Both the position numbers and the translations under genes were made by a program. The notes beneath the pieces were generated by a model. That model saw only the letters and a program-made list of their open reading frames with translations. It had not been told where the DNA came from and did no database searches. A stretch of DNA of 64,000 nt from assembly GCA_025451295.1 (NCBI GenBank), contig JANWKQ010000168.1, forward strand, positions 911 through 64,910, given 5' to 3'. Source of the stretch: Flavobacteriales bacterium. Lineage in GTDB: Bacteria > Bacteroidota > Bacteroidia > CAIKAF01. Shown here piece by piece: positions 49,027 through 59,932 of the stretch. Position 1 is the stretch's first letter, and every line of letters starts with the position of its first letter.

Positions 49027-51186
49027 ATGAGGAAAATTCGACCATTTGTTTTGACCTTTATTGGGTTTTTAGTCCAGTTAAATTTTTTATCTGCTCAGTT
49101 TGGGGATGTAGATAGTCTGGAGCGGGTATTGGCAGGTGGGAGTTTGCAACCGAAGGAAAAAGTACCGGTACTCCTGAAGTTATCAGACCTTTATCTTTCC
49201 CGGAACCATACAGTGGCATTTTCATATGCCAGTCAGGCAGTTTCGATATCAAAAAACTTAGGTGACAATAGTTTACTGGGATTTTCATATAGATCTCTTG
49301 GGAATTGCTATTCATATAGCGGAAATTATGATTCAACTGTTTTTTTTCTGAACCTGGCCTTAAAATATAACCCTGAGGATGTGACTGCCTTGTATTATCT
49401 CGGGCAGAATGAATGGTATAATGGCACAGAGGACAATTGTATTCTCTACTACGCAAAGGCAGAAAAGATTTGTTTGAAAAAAAACGATCTTAAAAACCTG
49501 GCTATTGTATATTATAGTCTGGCGGATTATTATCGGTATACGCAAAGAGATTCTTTGTCCGATTATTACGTTTCAATATCTATCATGATACTCGAAAAAT
49601 CAAATTTGTATGGTGACCTGGCAACAGCCTATAATATTAAAGCTGAAATGTATAGGACCAGAGGAGAGTATAAAATGGCCCTGGAAACCTATATTAAAAC
49701 CGCTAAGCTAGCCTATCAGGTGTTGGATTCAACAAGAATTGGTTATTGTTTTAGCCGGATGGGAAATATCTATTATATGCAAAACGATTTTGTACTTGCA
49801 GAGAAGTTTCTCATTCGAAGTCTGGATATTGCTGAAAAAGTAAAAGGACGTAATCTCGAGCTTTTCTGCTTAAAGACATTAACAGATATGTTTTCTAACA
49901 TGAGAAACACAGAGAAGTGTCTTTATTATGCGAACCTATGTATACAAGTGGGTAGAGAAATGAAGGAAGAATCGGCCATTAGTCTCGCTTATTCATCATT
50001 GAGCACATTGTATTATGGAATGGGTCTGGTGGATTCTGCCAGATCATATGCGGATAAATCATATAAGCTTGCCATCGAGAACAATGATCCTATTAATATG
50101 CTCAACTCAATTCTCAATATTATCCCTATTGAATTTGATGCAGGAAATTATACTAAGGTTGTACAGCTTACCGGGGAAGGTATAGAACTGGCAAAATTTA
50201 CCGAAACGATGGAGCATTTAAGAGATTTGTATAAATTTCAATACCGGGCCTATGAAAAACTAGGTGATAAAACAGCCTCCTTCGAAGCGTTTGATCAATA
50301 CAGAATGTACGAGGACTCCTTAAGCAACGATAATGTGCAACTGGGGATGAAAGAAAGTGAACTGGAGATGAATTATCAGGACAAACATCTCGCAGATACG
50401 CTTGTCTATATTGAAAATTCTCAAAAAGCACGCCAGGAAATTCTGCTTCAAAAGCAACGGTCGAAATATACGTTAGCCATTGGAGTGATTGTTGCTATTT
50501 TGTTATCGATCATTATTTTTATTATCTGGAGTACGAGCCGTAAACGAAAAAAACTGAATTTATCTCTGTCTGAATCAAATCACGACAAGGAGCTTTTATT
50601 AAAGGAGATCCATCATCGGGTAAAAAATAGTCTTCAGGTGGTATCAAGTTTGTTGAATCTTCAAAAAACACAAACAAATAAGAAGAAATTCGATGAACTT
50701 ATTGATGAAAGTCAGATCAAGATTGCCAATATTGCGATCGTACATGAATTACTTTATCAATCCAGTTCATTTAAAAAGATCAACCTGAAGCAATATATAG
50801 ATAAACTTGGCGAACATGTGTTAAAAACACTGGGAGATCCTAACAAGCATATAACGATTACAAATGTTACCGGAGATGTTGAGATCAGCCTTGAGAAAAG
50901 TGTGCCTTTGGCTTTGGTGGTCAACGAAATTATTACCAATAGCGTAAAGTATGCCTTTAATGAAAAGAAAGAGGGGAATATTCGCATTGAATGCAGGAAG
51001 AACCAGGAAACGATCGAGGTGAGGATAGCTGACAATGGATCCGGCATGGCAAAAGAGCAACTCAATAATGAACAGGGTATAGGGATGACACTTATTCAGG
51101 GTTTTGTAAAACAATTAAAGGGCGAATTGACCTATGGAAATGAGAATGGATGTTTTTTTGTATTTTCATTCCCTGATACCAACTAA
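49027..51186 (+). CDS. sensor histidine kinase (periplasmic TPR sensor, HisKA_2-type kinase)
   Basis: Signal peptide. TPR repeats. One TM helix. HisKA_2 H-box (HHRVKNSLQVVSSLLNLQ). HATPase. Confidence 0.8.
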   Translation: MRKIRPFVLTFIGFLVQLNFLSAQFGDVDSLERVLAGGSLQPKEKVPVLLKLSDLYLSRNHTVAFSYASQAVSISKNLGDNSLLGFSYRSLGNCYSYSGNYDSTVFFLNLALKYNPEDVTALYYLGQNEWYNGTEDNCILYYAKAEKICLKKNDLKNLAIVYYSLADYYRYTQRDSLSDYYVSISIMILEKSNLYGDLATAYNIKAEMYRTRGEYKMALETYIKTAKLAYQVLDSTRIGYCFSRMGNIYYMQNDFVLAEKFLIRSLDIAEKVKGRNLELFCLKTLTDMFSNMRNTEKCLYYANLCIQVGREMKEESAISLAYSSLSTLYYGMGLVDSARSYADKSYKLAIENNDPINMLNSILNIIPIEFDAGNYTKVVQLTGEGIELAKFTETMEHLRDLYKFQYRAYEKLGDKTASFEAFDQYRMYEDSLSNDNVQLGMKESELEMNYQDKHLADTLVYIENSQKARQEILLQKQRSKYTLAIGVIVAILLSIIIFIIWSTSRKRKKLNLSLSESNHDKELLLKEIHHRVKNSLQVVSSLLNLQKTQTNKKKFDELIDESQIKIANIAIVHELLYQSSSFKKINLKQYIDKLGEHVLKTLGDPNKHITITNVTGDVEISLEKSVPLALVVNEIITNSVKYAFNEKKEGNIRIECRKNQETIEVRIADNGSGMAKEQLNNEQGIGMTLIQGFVKQLKGELTYGNENGCFFVFSFPDTN

Positions 51187-51188
51187 AA

Positions 51189-51953
51189 ATGACTGATCCA
51201 ATCAACATATTGATCGTGGAAGATGAATTTGCCGTTGCACTGGATGTACAAACCCGGTTGCAGAACATGGGCTTCGGGGTCCTCGGCATTGCTACCAACT
51301 TTGACGAAGCGGTTTCCAAAGCAGCTACTGAAAATCCACATGTGGTCATTATGGACATTAATATTTCAGGTTCAAAAACCGGAATTGACGCTGCCAAAGT
51401 GATCTGGGAAAAATTTGAGATCCCGGTTGTATACCTTACAGGTGTGAATGAGCCCGAGATCATTGAGGAAGCTTTGGCCACAAGACCTATGGGTTATATA
51501 TTGAAGCCATTTAATGATGAGAGTATGAGGAGCCAGCTCATGATCGCCCATCAGCAGAAAAAGTCATTGGAATTTTTACGTGAAAAGGTGAAGCATTATG
51601 AAAATGTGATGAGTACTGTTGTTCCTGACAAACCAAATAAGGATATTTTGTTCATTAAGGACAGCAAACAGATTTTTCAACTTTCCGTTAATGAGATTGC
51701 ATATCTCGAGGCGATGGATAATTATACATTACTATATACGGCCAATAATACCAAATATGTAATTAATGGTTTTCTAAAAGATATTATCGACAAGATTGCC
51801 AATAATAGTATTATCCGGATCCACCGTTCGTATGCGATCGCCAAGCAACATATCAAACAGATTGAGGAAAACACGGTAACTATTGGAGCCAGAATATTAC
51901 CGGTAAGTAAATCGTACCGGGAAAGTTTTTATAGTTCAATTAATCCGATATAG
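51189..51953 (+). CDS. LytTR-family response regulator
   Basis: REC domain (ILIVEDE…D). C-terminal LytTR DNA-binding domain. Confidence 0.85.
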   Translation: MTDPINILIVEDEFAVALDVQTRLQNMGFGVLGIATNFDEAVSKAATENPHVVIMDINISGSKTGIDAAKVIWEKFEIPVVYLTGVNEPEIIEEALATRPMGYILKPFNDESMRSQLMIAHQQKKSLEFLREKVKHYENVMSTVVPDKPNKDILFIKDSKQIFQLSVNEIAYLEAMDNYTLLYTANNTKYVINGFLKDIIDKIANNSIIRIHRSYAIAKQHIKQIEENTVTIGARILPVSKSYRESFYSSINPI

Positions 51954-51954
51954 C

Positions 51955-52446
51955 TTGAATATTTTTCTCATCGGTTTCATGGGTAGCGGAAAATCCACCC
52001 TGGGAAAGGAACTAGCCCAACAACTTCGACGGAGTTTTATTGAAACGGATGATTGGATTGAACGATCTGAGGAAAAAAAGATCAGCGAAATTTTTTCAGA
52101 AAAAGGGGAGACTCATTTCAGGGAAAAGGAGAGCCTTTTTTTGCATCAGCTTCAACTGGTAGATGAATGTATAATAGCCACTGGAGGTGGCATGCCATGT
52201 TATAAAAATAATATGGAGCTTATGAATCAGTTGGGTATGACTATTTGGCTGGATGTGGAGGAAAATATGCTGGTAGAACGATTAAAAAAAGAAAAAAATG
52301 TTCGACCCTTATTGGCGAATGTTGAAAATGTGGAGCAGAAAATTCACGAACTATTGAAAATGAGAAGTCCCTCTTATTCAAAAGCAAAACATATCATTAA
52401 AAACCCAACAGCCAATAATTTGTTGGAATTAATCGCATCCGGATAG
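51955..52446 (+). CDS. aroK: shikimate kinase
   Basis: P-loop GFMGSGKST. Family size. Confidence 0.85.
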   Translation: MNIFLIGFMGSGKSTLGKELAQQLRRSFIETDDWIERSEEKKISEIFSEKGETHFREKESLFLHQLQLVDECIIATGGGMPCYKNNMELMNQLGMTIWLDVEENMLVERLKKEKNVRPLLANVENVEQKIHELLKMRSPSYSKAKHIIKNPTANNLLELIASG

Positions 52447-52469
52447 CTATCGGATGGGACAAAGATTTA

Positions 52470-53459
52470 TTAGTGACCCCATTTCACCCAGATGGCTCCC
52501 CAGGTAAAGCCTCCACCGAAGGCGGATAGAATAAGATTGTCGCCCTTTTTCAGTTGACTTTCATAATCCCATAGACAAAGCGGAATAGTTCCACTGGTGG
52601 TGTTGCCATAACGCTGAATGTTCATCATGATCTTGCTTTCGTCCAAACCCATTCGCTGTGCAGTGGCATCAATAATTCTTTTATTCGCCTGGTGTGGAAC
52701 CAACCAGCTGATGTCATCCCCTTTGAGATTATTTTTTTCCATGATCTCGGCACTAACATCCGCCATACCTTTTACGGCAAATTTAAAAACAGCCTGACCT
52801 TCCTGATAAATATAGTGTTCCTTAGCATCCACTGTTTCATGGGTGGGTGGCCGGCGGCTTCCACCTGCTTTTTGATGAAGATGAGTAACCCCTGATCCAT
52901 CACTTTTTAAAATACTATCCAGGATACCAAATCCTTCGGTATTGGGTTCCAATAAAACAGCACCTGCACCATCTCCAAAAAGAATAGAGGTAGAACGATC
53001 GGTATAATCTACAATGCTGCTCATTTTATCAGCTCCAACAACGATTACTTTTTTAAACTGCCCGGCTTCGATAAATTTCGAACCGGTTACCAGTGAAAAT
53101 AAAAACCCGCTGCAGGCGGCATTAATATCATAGCCCCATGAATTGGTTGCACCCACTGCGGAAGAAATAATGTTCGCTGTTGCAGGGAATGTCATATCTG
53201 GGGTAACAGTAGCACAAATTATCAGTTCAATTTCCTTTGGATCAATACCTCTTTTTTTGATCAATCCTTTCACAGCTTCGATGGCCATTACAGATGAGCC
53301 CTGATCTTTTCCTTTTAAAAGTCTTCTCTCTTTGATACCCGTTCTTGAAACGATCCATTCATCATTGGTATCTACCATTTGCTCCAGTTCTTTATTGGTA
53401 AGAACATATTCAGGAACATAACCCTGCACCGCTGTTATGGCTGCAGTTATTTTAGGCAT
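52470..53459 (-). CDS. fabH: 3-oxoacyl-ACP synthase III
   Basis: Cys-His-Asn active site (AACSGF…HQAN…). FabH length. Confidence 0.9.
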   Translation of the reverse strand: MPKITAAITAVQGYVPEYVLTNKELEQMVDTNDEWIVSRTGIKERRLLKGKDQGSSVMAIEAVKGLIKKRGIDPKEIELIICATVTPDMTFPATANIISSAVGATNSWGYDINAACSGFLFSLVTGSKFIEAGQFKKVIVVGADKMSSIVDYTDRSTSILFGDGAGAVLLEPNTEGFGILDSILKSDGSGVTHLHQKAGGSRRPPTHETVDAKEHYIYQEGQAVFKFAVKGMADVSAEIMEKNNLKGDDISWLVPHQANKRIIDATAQRMGLDESKIMMNIQRYGNTTSGTIPLCLWDYESQLKKGDNLILSAFGGGFTWGAIWVKWGH

Positions 53460-54399
53460 TCGGTATTGCTTCTTTTAATTTGGCCACAAAACTTTCTTCC
53501 ACAAGTTCCTTGGTAAGTTTGATCATGTTCTTAATGGCTACGGGTGAGCTGATACCATGACCAACCACCACAACTTTGTTGACGCCTAGGATAGGGGATC
53601 CGCCATGTTGCTCGTAATCCATTTTCGCAAAGAAAGGATCGTTTTTGAGTCCTCTTCTAAGTCCGATCTCATAAAACTTTTCAGCAAGTTTAAGAACAAC
53701 ATTTCCTACAAATCCGCTGCAAACGGCTACATCGGTTTTACCATCGAAAAGTTCACGACCTTCAATATTTCCAATGAAGTTTATTTTTTCATATTCGGCC
53801 ATCAACTTGTGAGAAGCAATAGAAAGCTGACTTCCTTTTTCTGGCTCTTCTCCAATATTTATGAGGGCAACTTTGGGGTCTTCAAATTTTAAATGCACTT
53901 CAGCATATGTAGAACCCAGGATAGCAAAATCAAGCAGGTTTTCGGGTTTACAATCTGCGTTGGCACCTACATCCAATAAAATTCCATCTTTTCCATTCAG
54001 ATTGGGTAAGGCGGATAATAAACAAGGCCGTAGATCTTCTCTCAGCAAACCAAGTTTCATCACAGAACCTACAAGCATAGAACCAGAATTTCCTGCACTA
54101 CAGAAACCATCAATCTTGCCTTCCTGAAGAAGGTCAAAACCCTTTACAATAGATGAATTTGGACTTGATGCAATGCTTTTAACAGGTGAGCTTGACATAG
54201 TAATTCCATCAGGTGCATGGAAAAATTCAAATTTATCGGTAGGGCAATTCTCCTTAGCCAGGGCAGCCTTTATTTCTTCTTCATTTCCAATCAATACTAA
54301 GGTGCAGTCGTTGCCAAATTCTTCAAGGGCAAGCATAGCGCCTTTGAGGGTGGATTCCGGGGCGAAGTCCCCACCTAAAATATCAACTCCGATTTTCAT
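53452..54399 (-). CDS. plsX: phosphate acyltransferase
   Basis: PlsX family. Overlaps fabH by 8 nt, the classic arrangement. Confidence 0.9.
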   Translation of the reverse strand: MKIGVDILGGDFAPESTLKGAMLALEEFGNDCTLVLIGNEEEIKAALAKENCPTDKFEFFHAPDGITMSSSPVKSIASSPNSSIVKGFDLLQEGKIDGFCSAGNSGSMLVGSVMKLGLLREDLRPCLLSALPNLNGKDGILLDVGANADCKPENLLDFAILGSTYAEVHLKFEDPKVALINIGEEPEKGSQLSIASHKLMAEYEKINFIGNIEGRELFDGKTDVAVCSGFVGNVVLKLAEKFYEIGLRRGLKNDPFFAKMDYEQHGGSPILGVNKVVVVGHGISSPVAIKNMIKLTKELVEESFVAKLKEAIPNA

Positions 54400-54546
54400 T
54401 TTAATTCCAGTATAGATTTATATGGAGCTGTTAAGCGAGCACGAATATATGGAAAGTATATAAATGAGTGGCTACCTGCGTTTAAATAAAAAATAAATCC
54501 GGCAAAACCTGTTGGAAATGCCGGATCAGAAAGAGTTTTGGTCAAA

Positions 54547-54738
54547 TTAAGCCTCCGCTTTTGCTTCAACCACCAGTTTCCCGTTATAATACAGGTTCCC
54601 GTCCACATAATAAGCTCTGTGGCGCTGGTGAACCGTACCTGTTGAATTGCAGGTTGTGAGGCTAGCTGTGGTAGCTTTATAGTGGGTTCTTCTTTTATCC
54701 CTTCTGGTTTTCGATATTTTTCGCTTAGGATGCGCCAT
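54547..54738 (-). CDS. rpmF: 50S ribosomal protein L32
   Basis: MAHPKRKISKTRRDKRRTH N-terminus. Confidence 0.9.
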   Translation of the reverse strand: MAHPKRKISKTRRDKRRTHYKATTASLTTCNSTGTVHQRHRAYYVDGNLYYNGKLVVEAKAEA

Positions 54739-54766
54739 TTTCTGTAGTTTTTAAATTTTAATATCC

Positions 54767-55306
54767 TTATTTCAATTTTTTTAGGGCATCCCACCTGGGA
54801 TCGTCCTTTTTATCTTTTCCTTGCAAATGAGCCATTTTTTCCAAAACCTCCTCATCACAGGGCTTTTCACTTTCTTTCATTTCCGAACAATCCACTTTCC
54901 AAGGCACCGCCAGACAAATGTACTCGTAAATATAAGGCGCCAGGTCAATTTCATATTCTGCCTGCGGAAGTGTAATAATCATTTCATTATCATCTTCCAG
55001 ACTATCGCCAAATTTTACGATCAGTTTATTGTTCGCTTCAACATGTTGGGGAATTTCTGCCAGGCATCTGTCACAAACAGTTCCCATGGTACCCGTATGT
55101 TTAAAGTCAAAGATCATCATCGTAATGTCTTTCATTAAGTCTATATCCATACGGATGTGAACATCGTGAAAGTCATGATCTGTTTCAAACGACTCAAAGA
55201 ACTTGTCTGTTATTTCAAAGCTAAACTGATGCCTTCCCTGCTTTAATCCTTCGTACGGAATAATATATTCAGTATTTTTCTTCACAAAGAGCAAATTGGG
55301 CGACAA
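54767..55306 (-). CDS. yceD: YceD/DUF177 protein
   Basis: CDRC zinc-ribbon-like motif. Conserved position upstream of rpmF. Confidence 0.8.
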   Translation of the reverse strand: MSPNLLFVKKNTEYIIPYEGLKQGRHQFSFEITDKFFESFETDHDFHDVHIRMDIDLMKDITMMIFDFKHTGTMGTVCDRCLAEIPQHVEANNKLIVKFGDSLEDDNEMIITLPQAEYEIDLAPYIYEYICLAVPWKVDCSEMKESEKPCDEEVLEKMAHLQGKDKKDDPRWDALKKLK

Positions 55307-55693
55307 AGATACGATTAATGTTCAAAGTTCAAAGCGCTCAATGTCCAAAACTTCAGCCTTTTCAAGGTTTTTTGGTGTCTTTATGCCGGGCCAACCCGGT
55401 TTTGCAGGTTTCTCAAAATCGAATGAACATTGCGATTGGCGCTGGTTTTCTGGGAGGGCCTACAACTGCTGCAAGGCCAACTCCTGCCGTCTTTCGCTTG
55501 AGCCCTTGTTCTGCATACCCCACAGTTCTATGTGCCGGATGATATTTCGGACCTTTACTCATATGCCTTAAAAACTGTGAGGCCAGCAAAACAAGGGACT
55601 ATCGCTCCACCCGGCTCTCCGCAAGGGTATTTTTGAGGATTTCAAATACCATTTTAAAAACCCTTAGCGTTATATATGTAAACATCACGGCGT

Positions 55694-56620
55694 ATGAAAA
55701 CAATCACCCTCCCAATCATTGCATTTCTGTTCATTACAGGACTGGCCTCTGCTCAAAAAAATCATAAAGAAATCTCTTTTAAAAAGAACAAAACCACCGG
55801 AACTTACATGGATCTTAAAAAGATCGAGTCTTTTTTTTCTTACATCCCTATGCAAAGCTATCAGATGCCTGACAATCGGATCGTATCGGTCAAAAGTTTT
55901 TATATGTTACGTTTTGAGGTGCCTAATATGATGTATCATATGTTTATGGATGATTTGGCGTTTGAAGGAAGAACAATGGATTTTAATATGGCCTATCCTG
56001 ATACGAATATCTGGTTCAGCGGATTGAGTCCATATCAGCATTACTATTATCAGCATCAGGCCTATCATGAATATCCGGTATTGGGTGTTTCGCGGGAAGG
56101 AGTGAATTTGTTTTGTTCATGGCTTGAGGAAAAAATAAAAATACTTTCACCAAAAGAATGGAGGAATAAAAAAATAAGTATCCGCCTGCCTTCCGAGGCC
56201 GAATGGATGATTGCTGCATCCGGTGATATAAACAATGCAGTGTATGCATGGAAGGGCTCTTATATGCGATATCCATCCGGGATCTGGCAGGGAGACTACA
56301 TGGCGAATTTTTGCAAGATAAACGATAGCGAGATCATCCGCGATGAAAATGGAAAACTAACTGTTGAATCTACAACTAGTTTTGCCGGAAGTCTTGATGA
56401 TAATGCGTACATCACATCACCGGTTATTTGCTATTGGCCAAATGGATATGGGTTATACAATATGTGTGGCAACGTAAGAGAAATGGTGCAGGAAGAGGGT
56501 TTTACAAAAGGCGGAGGATGGATCGATCCGGGAAGCGAATTAAAGATTACCGCCAGAAATACATATCAAAAAGAAGGATTTCCCTGTGAAGGTTTCAGAG
56601 TTGTTATTATGTTGGAATAG
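55694..56620 (+). CDS. formylglycine-generating-enzyme (FGE/SUMF1) family protein
   Basis: Signal peptide. FGE-sulfatase motifs (NMCGNVREMV…GGGW). Confidence 0.75.
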   Translation: MKTITLPIIAFLFITGLASAQKNHKEISFKKNKTTGTYMDLKKIESFFSYIPMQSYQMPDNRIVSVKSFYMLRFEVPNMMYHMFMDDLAFEGRTMDFNMAYPDTNIWFSGLSPYQHYYYQHQAYHEYPVLGVSREGVNLFCSWLEEKIKILSPKEWRNKKISIRLPSEAEWMIAASGDINNAVYAWKGSYMRYPSGIWQGDYMANFCKINDSEIIRDENGKLTVESTTSFAGSLDDNAYITSPVICYWPNGYGLYNMCGNVREMVQEEGFTKGGGWIDPGSELKITARNTYQKEGFPCEGFRVVIMLE

Positions 56621-56628
56621 CAGCGACT

Positions 56629-57765
56629 TTACTCCTTGTCCTCGATAAACGGCTCGTCTTGTGCTTTAAGTAATTCTCCACTTAAAGTTTTCAGCGGATT
56701 TTTCGTAAGCTCTTTATTGTTGGTCCGCGTCAAATAAAGGTCTGCTGCCAGATACAATGCATCTCTGAAAGAGGTTACATCCGCCTTATCTTTTCCTACC
56801 AGATCAAAACCTGGTCCATGATCCGGTGATGTTCGAATGAAATTCAATCCTGCGGTATAATTTACACCACCAATACCGGCGAGTGTTTTAAATGGTACCA
56901 ATCCCTGGTCATGATACATGGCCAGAATGCCATCATAATTTTTAAAATTACCTGATGCAAAAAAACCATCCGCCGCAAACGGACCCATTACCAACATGTT
57001 TTTTTCTTTCAACGTCTCAATGGCAGGTATAATAATTTCTGCTTCTTCATTTCCGAATTTTCCATGATCCCCGGCATGCGGATTTAAGGCAAGAACGGCA
57101 ATCTTAGGTTTTGAAATAGAGAAATCCCGTACCAATGTTTCTTTTAAAAGTTGTGCTTTTTTTATAATATTTTATTTGGTGAGAGATGCCGTGATCTTAC
57201 TAATACCAACATGTCCGGTAACCAATGCCACCCTCAGATTTTCATGTACCATGAGCATCAATGATTCTTTTCCGGCTTTATCGGCAAAATATTCTGTATG
57301 CCCTGCAAAAGAAAAACCTACTTTTTCAAGATTTGATTTATCGATCGGAGCTGTTACCAATCCATGAATTTTTCCGGCCACCAGATCCGCTGTGCCAGCT
57401 TCGAGACTCATCACCGCATATTTTGCACCGGTTTCATTGGAAACTCCGGGATCTATTTTGGCTTCTTCCTGCCATACATTGATGAGATTTACTTTTCCAG
57501 CCTGTGCTTCTTCAACTGTTCTAATCGCATGGTAAACGAAATTTTCGGCAGTACACATTTTTTTATAAAAAGAAAATACACGTGCTGAGCCATAAATAAC
57601 AGGAGTAAAAGTTTCAAGAATATCCGGCTCCTCAAAAGTTTTCAGGATCAATTCAGGACCAATTCCATTAAAATCCCCCAGGGTAATTCCAATCTTTATT
57701 TTATTCTGCCCTGTTGCCTTATTCATCATACCAATGAGCTTTTTACTTGAGTTTATTGAGTACAA
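56629..57765 (-). pseudogene. pdxA: 4-hydroxythreonine-4-phosphate dehydrogenase PdxA interrupted by a single in-frame TAA
   Basis: ORFs 57172..57765 (N-terminal half) and 56629..57135 (C-terminal half, with LNPHAGD) are in the same frame. They are separated by TAA at 57172..57174. Read-through gives …SLTK*NIIKKAQLLKETLVRDF…, a plausible PdxA linker. Confidence 0.7.
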
Positions 57766-59164
57766 ACTGGGTTAATAGTCTAACGCCAGCTCCTGTTCCA
57801 ATCACAGTTCTATATCCTCTTGGAGAATCCAGTAATGCGTTTGAAATATCCAAGTGGATCCATGGATAGCCCACAAAATGTTCCAGGAATTTTCCTGCTG
57901 TAATTGCACCAGCTTTAGGTCCACCTATATTTTTTATATCTGCTATATTTGATTTGAGCAAATCTCCATATTCGTCCCATAACGGAAATTTTACAAGCCT
58001 TTCATACACATCAAAACCGGCTTTTTCAAGTTTGCTGAATTCATCCGTCGCATTTTTTTCCATTCCTACAATCCCCATTTCTCCAATAGCAGCAACCGCT
58101 GCTCCGGTTAAGGTAGCAAGATCAATCACCAGCTCAGGATCATATTTTTTTGCATAATGTAGTGCATCTGCCAGAATAAGCCGTCCTTCTGCATCTGTAT
58201 TCATTACTTCCACCGTTTTTCCGCTTGCCATCGTGAGAATATCGCTTACGACAATGGCATTCCCATCAATCCTGTTATCCGTTGCGGGGATTAAACCAAT
58301 TACATGGTAGGGTAATTTTGATTTAGCAATAGCGTATAAGGCACCTACCACCGCAGCGGCTCCTGCCATATCTCCCTTCATTTGCTCCATAGAAGGCGAT
58401 GGCTTCAGACTAATTCCGCCGGTATCGAAAACCACTCCTTTACCTACAAAGATCAGCGGATTTTTATTAGCTGGTTTGGCCGGCTTATATTCCAGTATAT
58501 TAAATGTGGGTGTATCTTCACTGCCTTTATTTACTCCCAGCAGACCTCCCATTTTTAAACTTTCAATTTTTTTCCGCGTAAAATATTCAAATTTAAAACC
58601 TGCCTTTTTAGAAAGCTTTTCAATTTCTTTACTCAGTTTTTCTGCTGTTAAATAACATACAGGCTCATTTACCAGTGTACGGGCTGCAAAAGTACCTTCT
58701 ATCAGATTGGAGAGCACTTCAACTTCCTTTTTCTCGATCTTTCCTACCAGGGTTATTTTTTTGAAACGGAATTTACCTGGTTTAGAAAAATACTTATCGA
58801 ACTGGTAAGCGGTTAGTGCAAGACCTTCTGCAAGGGTTAAGGCAGCCCGGGCCGAAACAACACCATCAATATGGACCTCGTTCTGATGAAAACTCTTCAG
58901 TTGTGCATAGATCCTTGATCCATGAAGACGCATCTTTTCTAAACCTCCTGGGGTATTTATATCTGCCAGTTTTACCAGGTAATAGAAAGATTCGTAACGA
59001 TTGATGAATACCATTTCTTTGGCATCTTTACCCGAAAATTCCTTCTTAATAAATGCGGTCTCTTTTTTATCGAATTTGTAGTTTTTGAGGCATTTTAGCT
59101 CAGCATCTGCAATGATAATGTTTGACGAAAGGCGTTTGGTGGCCAGTTCGAATTTGATCTCCAT
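57743..59164 (-). CDS. pepA: leucyl aminopeptidase (M17)
   Basis: NTDAEGRL motif. M17 C-terminal catalytic domain. Confidence 0.9.
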   Translation of the reverse strand: MEIKFELATKRLSSNIIIADAELKCLKNYKFDKKETAFIKKEFSGKDAKEMVFINRYESFYYLVKLADINTPGGLEKMRLHGSRIYAQLKSFHQNEVHIDGVVSARAALTLAEGLALTAYQFDKYFSKPGKFRFKKITLVGKIEKKEVEVLSNLIEGTFAARTLVNEPVCYLTAEKLSKEIEKLSKKAGFKFEYFTRKKIESLKMGGLLGVNKGSEDTPTFNILEYKPAKPANKNPLIFVGKGVVFDTGGISLKPSPSMEQMKGDMAGAAAVVGALYAIAKSKLPYHVIGLIPATDNRIDGNAIVVSDILTMASGKTVEVMNTDAEGRLILADALHYAKKYDPELVIDLATLTGAAVAAIGEMGIVGMEKNATDEFSKLEKAGFDVYERLVKFPLWDEYGDLLKSNIADIKNIGGPKAGAITAGKFLEHFVGYPWIHLDISNALLDSPRGYRTVIGTGAGVRLLTQFVLNKLK

Positions 59165-59221
59165 ATTCTTTAAAATTAAGCAAATCTAAGAAATCCTGCC
59201 GGTTTTATTATCTTTATCCTG

Positions 59222-59692
59222 ATGAAGAACATCGAACTAAAGCTGGTTTTTTCGGAATATGAACTGTCTGAACTTTCTGATGATGATAAAAATCTCTATG
59301 CCAGAGCCATGGATGCTGCGAAGGCCGCTTATGCTCCTTATTCTGGGTTTAGCGTTGGAGCCGCCTGTTTGTTGGATAATGGTGAAATTTTTACCGCCAA
59401 TAACCAGGAAAATGCAGCCTATCCCTCTGGTTTGTGTGCCGAGAGAACATTGTTATTTTTCGTAGGGGCTAACCGGCCCGATCAAACAATTGTAAAACTC
59501 ATGGTGGTGATCAAATCAAAGCTGAAAGATGCTAAAAAAGTTTATTCACCTTGTGGAGCTTGCCGTCAGGTAATGGCTGAATATCAAAACCGCCAGAGTC
59601 ATCCCATTCAACTGATATTTGAATCAGGAGAGAACAAGGTGCTTGTATGCAACAAAGTCGATGATCTGCTACCCTATATTTTCCGATTTTAA
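59222..59692 (+). CDS. cdd: cytidine deaminase
   Basis: Zinc-binding C(A)E…PCG(A)CRQ motifs. Confidence 0.85.
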   Translation: MKNIELKLVFSEYELSELSDDDKNLYARAMDAAKAAYAPYSGFSVGAACLLDNGEIFTANNQENAAYPSGLCAERTLLFFVGANRPDQTIVKLMVVIKSKLKDAKKVYSPCGACRQVMAEYQNRQSHPIQLIFESGENKVLVCNKVDDLLPYIFRF

Positions 59693-59704
59693 ACAGGGCC
59701 TTTA

Positions 59705-59800
59705 AGACCCAACCAGGAAGAAGCGGCCCGAAACCGGAGGCGCCTGCAAGGCGGCCCGAAGGGCGGCACCCGGAGGGTGAGGAAAGGCCGCCCAAATACG
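59705..59800. other. GC-rich intergenic element with degenerate ~25-nt direct repeats (gcggcccgaa…)
   Basis: aagcggcccgaaaccggaggcgcc, then aaggcggcccgaagggcggcaccc, then complementary ggccgccc. It stands out sharply in an AT-rich context. Confidence 0.3.
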
Positions 59801-59932
59801 CTGTAAATCTCCAAGTATTATTATACCTTTGTTACCTATTATACTGGTTATATGGCTAAAGAAACATTGGCTCCTGCAGTAAAATCGAAAACCTAATTTT
59901 CGAAAGAACAATACCTTAAATGGTATGAGGAT

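Noticed and set aside
55296-55571. ORFs of 91 aa and 74 aa in the yceD/FGE intergenic region
   Set aside because: Low-complexity translations of a GC-rich noncoding stretch. More likely regulatory or ncRNA DNA (noted as a possible structured region) than protein-coding.
59700-59800. Possible SRP RNA or RNase P RNA (resemblance of caggaagaagcggcc to the SRP GGAAGCAGCC motif and of gaggaaaggccgccc to the RNase P P4 GAGGAAAGUCCGGGC motif)
   Set aside because: Matches are partial and the region is far too short for RNase P. The SRP domain IV motif is not intact. Kept only as an unexplained GC-rich element.
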